A stretch of DNA of 64,000 nucleotides, from assembly GCA_934130545.1 (NCBI GenBank), contig CAKOYD010000003.1:15430-79429 (forward strand), read 5' to 3'. The translations under genes and the position numbers were made by a program. Every line of letters begins with the position of its first letter. Position 1 is the first letter of the stretch. The notes under the pieces are model-generated. The model made no database searches, was not told the origin of the DNA, and saw only the letters and a list, made by a program, of their open reading frames with translations. Shown here piece by piece: positions 58,570 to 64,000 of this stretch. This DNA is from an uncultured Bacilli bacterium (GTDB taxonomy: Bacteria > Bacillota_I > Bacilli_A > RF39 > UBA660).

Positions 58570-59013
58570 CTAATCACTAGTCCTTTCTAAGATAATTGTT
58601 ATAGGTCCATCGTTAGTAATACTTACTTCCATTTCGGCGCCAAAGATTCCTGTTTCTACTTTAACATGACTCTTTAATTTTTCATTAAAGATATCATATA
58701 GTTTGATGGCTTCTTCGCCATTTAAGGCATTAACATAACTTGGCCTTCGGCCTTTTCTACTATCAGCATATAAAGTAAACTGACTAATTGATAGGATATC
58801 TCCACCAACATCTAATAGTGATTTATTCATAATACCATTTTCATCATCAAAGATTCTTAGATTTAATACTTTATCTACCATATAATCAATTATATCTAAA
58901 TTATCTTTATATGTAAACCCTACTAATAAAACTAGTCCATGATCAATACTACCTACTACTTTATTATCTACTTTAACACTAGATTTTAAACTTCTTTGAA
59001 CGACTATTTTCAT
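58570..59013 (-). CDS. dtd: D-aminoacyl-tRNA deacylase
   Basis: MKIVVQR...VG.I..GL..LVG. and SQFTLYAD...GRRPS motifs. Confidence 0.93.
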   Translation of the reverse strand: MKIVVQRSLKSSVKVDNKVVGSIDHGLVLLVGFTYKDNLDIIDYMVDKVLNLRIFDDENGIMNKSLLDVGGDILSISQFTLYADSRKGRRPSYVNALNGEEAIKLYDIFNEKLKSHVKVETGIFGAEMEVSITNDGPITIILERTSD

Positions 59014-61172
59014 TAATTTATCATCCTTTCAACACGAATAATAAATGATAAGGCATATAAGTCATTACAAAACTTATCTAATTTTTCTTTATTTTCTACT
59101 AATATAGTCATCATATAAGCTTTATATTCACTTTTATTAATAGTAGTCATACTATCTATTACAATATTATTAGTAGAGGCTTTATTAATGATATCTACTA
59201 AATTATCGGATGAATTAGTATAAATATAGATGTCTGTGGCAAACTTTTTAGTACCAGTATCATTCCAACGAACATTAATTAATCTTTCATCAACATCAAT
59301 AATATTCTTACAGTTAGTACGGTGAATAGTAATACCACTACCTTTAGTAATATAACCAATAATCGTGTCTCCCGGAATAGGTTTACAACAATTACTTAAA
59401 CTAGATTTTATTTCTTCCATACCTTCTACTAAGATATCATTTTTACTATTCTTTCTAATAGTAGTACTAGGTGTTTTTATATCAATATCAGGAGTTGATT
59501 CCTTTTTCTTATTGATTAGTTTCATAACTGATGCAACAGTTATTTTACCACTACCAAGAGAAGTGCATAAGTCATCATAATCTTTTAAGTTAAGAGTATC
59601 TAAGATAGTATCTAGGTTATTATTAATAGTTTCATTTATTGGTAATTCTTTTTTTCTTAATTCATGTTCTAATAATTCTTCACCTTTATCATAGTTATCA
59701 TCTTTTTCTAGTTTACTATAGAATGATTTAATTCTATTTTTAGCTTGGGTAGTGACAACAAAATTTAACCAATCTTTATTAGGCCCCTTAGACATTTTAC
59801 TAGTATTTATTTTAATTATATCACCGGTTTTTAATTCATAGTCTAGAGGTACAATATTATCATTAACGATAGCCGATACTGTTTTATCCCCTACTTCACT
59901 GTGAACTTTATAAGCAAAGTCAACTGGAGTAGCACCTTGAGGAAACTCTAAGACATCTCCTTTTGGAGTATAGACATAGATAACATCAGTACTTAAGACA
60001 TCTTTTTTAACACTATCGATAAACTCTTGAGATGTTGAGGCTTCTTCATTTAATTCAATAATACTTCTAAATATTTCTAGTTTCTTTTCAATACTATCTT
60101 TTTGAGCTAAGACATTCGAACCATTTTCTTTATAAGACCAGTGAGAAGCAATACCATACTCTGCTATTTTATCCATATCATAGGTTCTAATTTGTATTTC
60201 AAATAATGCTCCATCAATACCAAATACAGTTGTATGAAGTGATTGATATAGATTTGTTTTAGGCATGGCAATATAATCTTTAAATCTTTTAGGTACAGGT
60301 TTATATTTGGAATGAATAAGTCCTAGGGCTAGATAACATTCTTGTTCCGTATCAACGAATACTCGTAGGGCTAGAATATCATAGATATCATTAAACTTCT
60401 TCCCTTTTTGTAATTTATTATATATTGAATAAATACTTTTACTTCTTCCCTTTATTTCATGTTTAATATTATGCTCATTAAGTAAGTTAGATACTTCTTC
60501 CATCATTTTACCGACGGCAGCATCTCTTTCAACTTTTTTGGCATTTAATCTTTCTACGATATCAAAGTAAGCATCAGGTTTTAGATATCTTAAGGATAAG
60601 TCTTCTAGTTCACTTTTAATTTTATACATACCTAATCGATGTGCAACTGGTGTTAATATTTCTAGAGTTTCTTTAGCTTTTCGCTTTTGCTTTTCTTCTG
60701 ATAAGACATAGATAGTTCGCATATTATGAAGACGATCGGCTAATTTAATAATTATTACTCGAACATCATTAGAAAGTCCTACTAATATTTTTCTTTGGTT
60801 AGCGGCCATTTGTTCAGAGTCGGATGTAAAGCTTATTCTGTTAATCTTGGTAACGCCATCAACTAAATTGGCTACTTCTTCACCAAATAATTCAGCTAAT
60901 TCTTCTTTCGTACTATCAGAGTCTTCAATGGTATCGTGGAGTAAAGCGGCACTAATAGCTTTAGCATCAGCATTAACATCAGTTAAGATATAAGCAACAT
61001 TCAGAGGGTGTTGAATATAATCTTCCCCACTAATTCTCTTTTGATAAAAGTGTTTATCTAAAGCATAATCAAAGGCTCTTCTTATTAAATCAAGATCTTC
61101 TTCATTATCATCATATTCTTTAACTTTATTTATTAAATCATCTATTGATAGATTTATTGTTTTTACGCTCAT
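59013..61172 (-). CDS. relA: bifunctional (p)ppGpp synthetase/hydrolase RelA/SpoT homologue
   Basis: HD domain (HPLNVA...LLHDTIEDS), synthetase motif (YQSLHTTV...EIQIRT), and TGS and ACT regions of expected length. Confidence 0.95.
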   Translation of the reverse strand: MSVKTINLSIDDLINKVKEYDDNEEDLDLIRRAFDYALDKHFYQKRISGEDYIQHPLNVAYILTDVNADAKAISAALLHDTIEDSDSTKEELAELFGEEVANLVDGVTKINRISFTSDSEQMAANQRKILVGLSNDVRVIIIKLADRLHNMRTIYVLSEEKQKRKAKETLEILTPVAHRLGMYKIKSELEDLSLRYLKPDAYFDIVERLNAKKVERDAAVGKMMEEVSNLLNEHNIKHEIKGRSKSIYSIYNKLQKGKKFNDIYDILALRVFVDTEQECYLALGLIHSKYKPVPKRFKDYIAMPKTNLYQSLHTTVFGIDGALFEIQIRTYDMDKIAEYGIASHWSYKENGSNVLAQKDSIEKKLEIFRSIIELNEEASTSQEFIDSVKKDVLSTDVIYVYTPKGDVLEFPQGATPVDFAYKVHSEVGDKTVSAIVNDNIVPLDYELKTGDIIKINTSKMSKGPNKDWLNFVVTTQAKNRIKSFYSKLEKDDNYDKGEELLEHELRKKELPINETINNNLDTILDTLNLKDYDDLCTSLGSGKITVASVMKLINKKKESTPDIDIKTPSTTIRKNSKNDILVEGMEEIKSSLSNCCKPIPGDTIIGYITKGSGITIHRTNCKNIIDVDERLINVRWNDTGTKKFATDIYIYTNSSDNLVDIINKASTNNIVIDSMTTINKSEYKAYMMTILVENKEKLDKFCNDLYALSFIIRVERMIN

Positions 61173-61187
61173 AATATATACTTCTTT

Positions 61188-63428
61188 CTAGCAGTTAATG
61201 CCTTTTATTTTTAATTCATTTATATCATCTAAGTCTTTATTTTCTTTAATAGGTTTATGAATTCTTCTCTTTTCTAAATATAACCAAATATTATTAGAGA
61301 TAAAGATAGATGAATATACTCCAACGATAAATCCTACTAATAAAGCAATATTAAAGTTCATTATTTCATGAGAGCCAAATACCATTAAACAAATTACCGG
61401 AACTATTGTAGTAATAGTAGTAAGAATTGTTCGATATAGAGTTCTTCTAACACTAATATTTACCAAGTCTTCTAATTCTTCATCAGTGCATTTATTCTTA
61501 TATTTATTTTTATAATTTTCTCTAACCATATCAAAAGTAACAATGGTATCATTGATTGAGTATCCAATAATAGTAAGAAGAGCCGCAATAAAGATTGAAG
61601 TGATTTTTAAGTGTGTAGCTCCAAAGAATAAGAATACCATTAGAACATCATGTATTAGAGCAATAATAGCAGCAACAGCATAGTTAAATTTAAATCTAAT
61701 TGATACATATATAACAATACCAATACTAGCAAATATTAATGACTTTATAGCATTCTTTACTAGTTCTTGTTTAACAATATTACTAACAGCATATATTTCT
61801 GTATCAACATTATAATCGCTTTGTAATTTATTTCCTAAATTCTTTATTTCTTCTTCATTTAAAGTTTCTTTTATATCAATAGATATAATATCATTATTAG
61901 TACTCTCCCCAATTATATGATAAGAGGTTAAATCTTTTTTTATTGTGTTTAAATCAGTATTAGTATCTTTAGTATTAATAGATATACTAGTACCACCGGA
62001 AAAGTCTATTCCTAAGTTTATACCACGGTAGATAAATAGTCCACTCATAACTATAATTAGCATGATAGTTAATAAGTATGAATACTTTTTAGTTTTAACT
62101 ATATTTACTTTTTCATATGGTATTTTTATTTCACTAGATTTCTCTATTTTATTTTTCTTAACGCCAATAAACAAATATGGTTTATTATCAAATACCTTAG
62201 TTTTAACAAAATATTTAATAATTACTTTAGTTAAGAATACCATGACAAAGATAGTAACTAGCACGTTAATAATTAACATTGTGGCAAAACCACGAATAGA
62301 ACTATCTCCTAGAATGAACAAGATAACTGCCGCAATAATCGTAGTTATGTTAGCGTCCACAATACTAGAAAATGAATTTTTATTACCTAAATCAAAACTT
62401 TTATCAATACTTTTACCAATTAAGATATTTTCTTTTATTCTTTCAAAACTAATAATTGAAGCATCAACAGCCATCCCTATTCCAAGAAGAAGAGCAGCAA
62501 TACCTGGTAATGTTAAGACACCATTAATTAGATAGAATATTAAGAATGATAAGATAGTATATAAAGTTATCCCAAAACTAGCAACAAGTCCACAGAACTT
62601 ATATATAACTACCATTAAAATCATTACTAACACGATACCTATTAAACCGGCTACTAGTGTTTTAGATAAAGATAATTCCCCAAATGATGCTTCAACAGTA
62701 TGGGATGATAATTCAGTTAGTTTAGTAGGTAATGCTCCTGAGTTGATTAAGTCGACTAATGTTTTAGCTTCTTTCTTAGTAAAATTACCGGAGATGATAA
62801 CATCTGAAGCAAAGCCTCGGTCAACGGTAGCGGCTGACAAGCAATGTGATGTACTTGAGCCACATAGTCCTCTTTCTTTAACATAACTATCTGTAGTTTC
62901 ATCATAATCTAACCATATAACAATAATATTATTAGTCATCGTACTTACTTTTTTAGTAACATCATAGAAAGTGCTAGTATCTTTAATACTTAATGATACG
63001 GCAGGTCTTCCCATTGTATCAGTAGTTTCTTTAGCCGAACCTCCTAAGACTTCACTAGTCATAAGTAAATTATCATTATAATCTCTAAAAGATAAAGTAG
63101 CGGTAGAGGCAATCATCTTTCTTGCATCATCAGCATTAGTGATGCCGGCTAATTTAATTCTAATACGATTGTTACCTTCAATGGATATTTCAGGTTCACT
63201 GACTCCTAAGATATCGATTCTTTTGCCTATTGCTTTATAGGTACTATATAACATATCATTATCTAGTTTTTTACCATCTAAAGATTCTACTTGATATAAT
63301 ATTTCAAAGCCTCCTTGTAAATCTAATCCATAATGAGTAATATTTAATAATGGTTTAATAGAATATACTCCAATGGCAAACAATAGTACTAAAATAATAC
63401 TACCAATAATAAATTTAGTTTTTTTCAT
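61188..63428 (-). CDS. secDF: protein translocase subunit SecDF (fused)
   Basis: GLDLQGG in SecD, 12 TM segments and a SecF-type second half (GIDFSGGT). Start set to MKKTKFII (GGAGGA RBS). Confidence 0.92.
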   Translation of the reverse strand: MKKTKFIIGSIILVLLFAIGVYSIKPLLNITHYGLDLQGGFEILYQVESLDGKKLDNDMLYSTYKAIGKRIDILGVSEPEISIEGNNRIRIKLAGITNADDARKMIASTATLSFRDYNDNLLMTSEVLGGSAKETTDTMGRPAVSLSIKDTSTFYDVTKKVSTMTNNIIVIWLDYDETTDSYVKERGLCGSSTSHCLSAATVDRGFASDVIISGNFTKKEAKTLVDLINSGALPTKLTELSSHTVEASFGELSLSKTLVAGLIGIVLVMILMVVIYKFCGLVASFGITLYTILSFLIFYLINGVLTLPGIAALLLGIGMAVDASIISFERIKENILIGKSIDKSFDLGNKNSFSSIVDANITTIIAAVILFILGDSSIRGFATMLIINVLVTIFVMVFLTKVIIKYFVKTKVFDNKPYLFIGVKKNKIEKSSEIKIPYEKVNIVKTKKYSYLLTIMLIIVMSGLFIYRGINLGIDFSGGTSISINTKDTNTDLNTIKKDLTSYHIIGESTNNDIISIDIKETLNEEEIKNLGNKLQSDYNVDTEIYAVSNIVKQELVKNAIKSLIFASIGIVIYVSIRFKFNYAVAAIIALIHDVLMVFLFFGATHLKITSIFIAALLTIIGYSINDTIVTFDMVRENYKNKYKNKCTDEELEDLVNISVRRTLYRTILTTITTIVPVICLMVFGSHEIMNFNIALLVGFIVGVYSSIFISNNIWLYLEKRRIHKPIKENKDLDDINELKIKGINC

Positions 63429-63693
63429 ACTTAACATCCTCCAATACTCTTTCACTATTCTTTAACTTTTCTTTTAAATAATTATCAACATTTGTTATAT
63501 CAACATGTATTATATCATCAACCATTTCAGATATAGATAAATTATTAGCGGTCTTCCATTTATTAATAGATAAATAGTTCCATATATCTTCATTCTTTAT
63601 ATAGGGATACTTTCGTTTATTTAATCTTTGTTTTACTGAAAAGGCTGGTTTTAATCTTAAATATAATTCTTTTAAACTACTATACTCTTCCAT
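63415..63693 (-). CDS. ComN-like post-transcriptional regulator
   Basis: 92-aa protein directly upstream of secDF, the position of comN/yrzD in Bacillus. Contains the ...KNEDIWNYL..KW... pattern. Confidence 0.55.
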   Translation of the reverse strand: MEEYSSLKELYLRLKPAFSVKQRLNKRKYPYIKNEDIWNYLSINKWKTANNLSISEMVDDIIHVDITNVDNYLKEKLKNSERVLEDVKYEKN

Positions 63694-63779
63694 GATACCA
63701 CCTTGATATAATTATATAACAAATTAGTATAATTTAAAAGAAAAAATGCATAAGTCAGTGGATTTATGCAACGAGATGG

Positions 63780-64000
63780 TTATTCTAACAACTTACTATG
63801 TAAAATAACTTCGATACCGTCAATATTTATTTTATGAGATGTGAGTCCTAGTAAAAGTTTTTTCTTATTGCCTATTCCTTCAATATAGAGATTATTTATT
63901 GTAATGCACTCTAATAGTTCATGGCCACTAGCCGTACTATATGGTACTAAGATTACTTTTTCATTAGTTATATCTACTAAGTTTTTATTTATTAATATTA
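63780..64000 (-). CDS. C-terminal end of an unidentified protein (5' end beyond the right window edge)
   Basis: Open minus-strand frame ending ...GIEVILHSKLLE* at 63780. Absent from the ORF track because it is edge-truncated. Confidence 0.4.
   Translation of the reverse strand, partial: ILINKNLVDITNEKVILVPYSTASGHELLECITINNLYIEGIGNKKKLLLGLTSHKINIDGIEVILHSKLLE

Noticed and set aside
1-64000. Search for CRISPR arrays, rRNA/tRNA genes, IS elements, integrases or prophage modules
   Set aside because: I saw no regularly spaced direct repeats, no tRNA-like cloverleaf candidates in the few intergenic gaps, and no transposase, integrase or phage structural ORFs. The window is core-chromosome-like apart from the small accessory insertions described.

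Overview
AT-rich (high-20s % GC by eye) chromosomal segment from a low-GC, endospore-forming Firmicute: sigG, sspI, ylbJ and a ymxH-like gene are present. The standard code applies, since TGG encodes Trp and TGA is used as a stop. There are about 70 tightly packed genes, nearly all on the minus strand. Housekeeping blocks are coaD/coaE-like, ftsA-ftsZ, rimM-trmD, rnhB, recD2, mtaB, ung, sigG and dtd-relA-secDF. One operon joins an amino-acid ABC importer to the arginine deiminase pathway; its carbamate kinase is fused in frame to a YfcC-type transporter. Five loci stand out. (1) A roughly 640-nt ORF-free, GC-enriched, hairpin-rich transcription unit lies directly upstream of a 171-aa 4-TM DxxxD protein, which I read as an OLE RNA/OapA-like locus. 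(2) A 111-bp adenine-depleted, 57% GC patch sits at the C-terminus of a TasA-signal/lectin-like surface protein and looks like a DGR variable region, but the window has no RT or template repeat. (3) A five-gene T7SS-substrate-like module comprises a stand-alone LXG-like protein, an alpha/beta-hydrolase, a coiled-coil protein and two WXG100-like proteins. (4) A 2.7-kb two-gene cassette (821-aa metallophosphoesterase-fusion protein plus a coupled 51-aa acidic protein) is bracketed by a duplicated mtaB 3' end/terminator. (5) A RhuM/Doc gene is preceded by tandem decayed 5' fragments delimited by a covarying 23-bp palindrome. I saw no rRNA, tRNA, CRISPR array, transposase or integrase. All homology calls come from motif recognition by eye; no searches were run.
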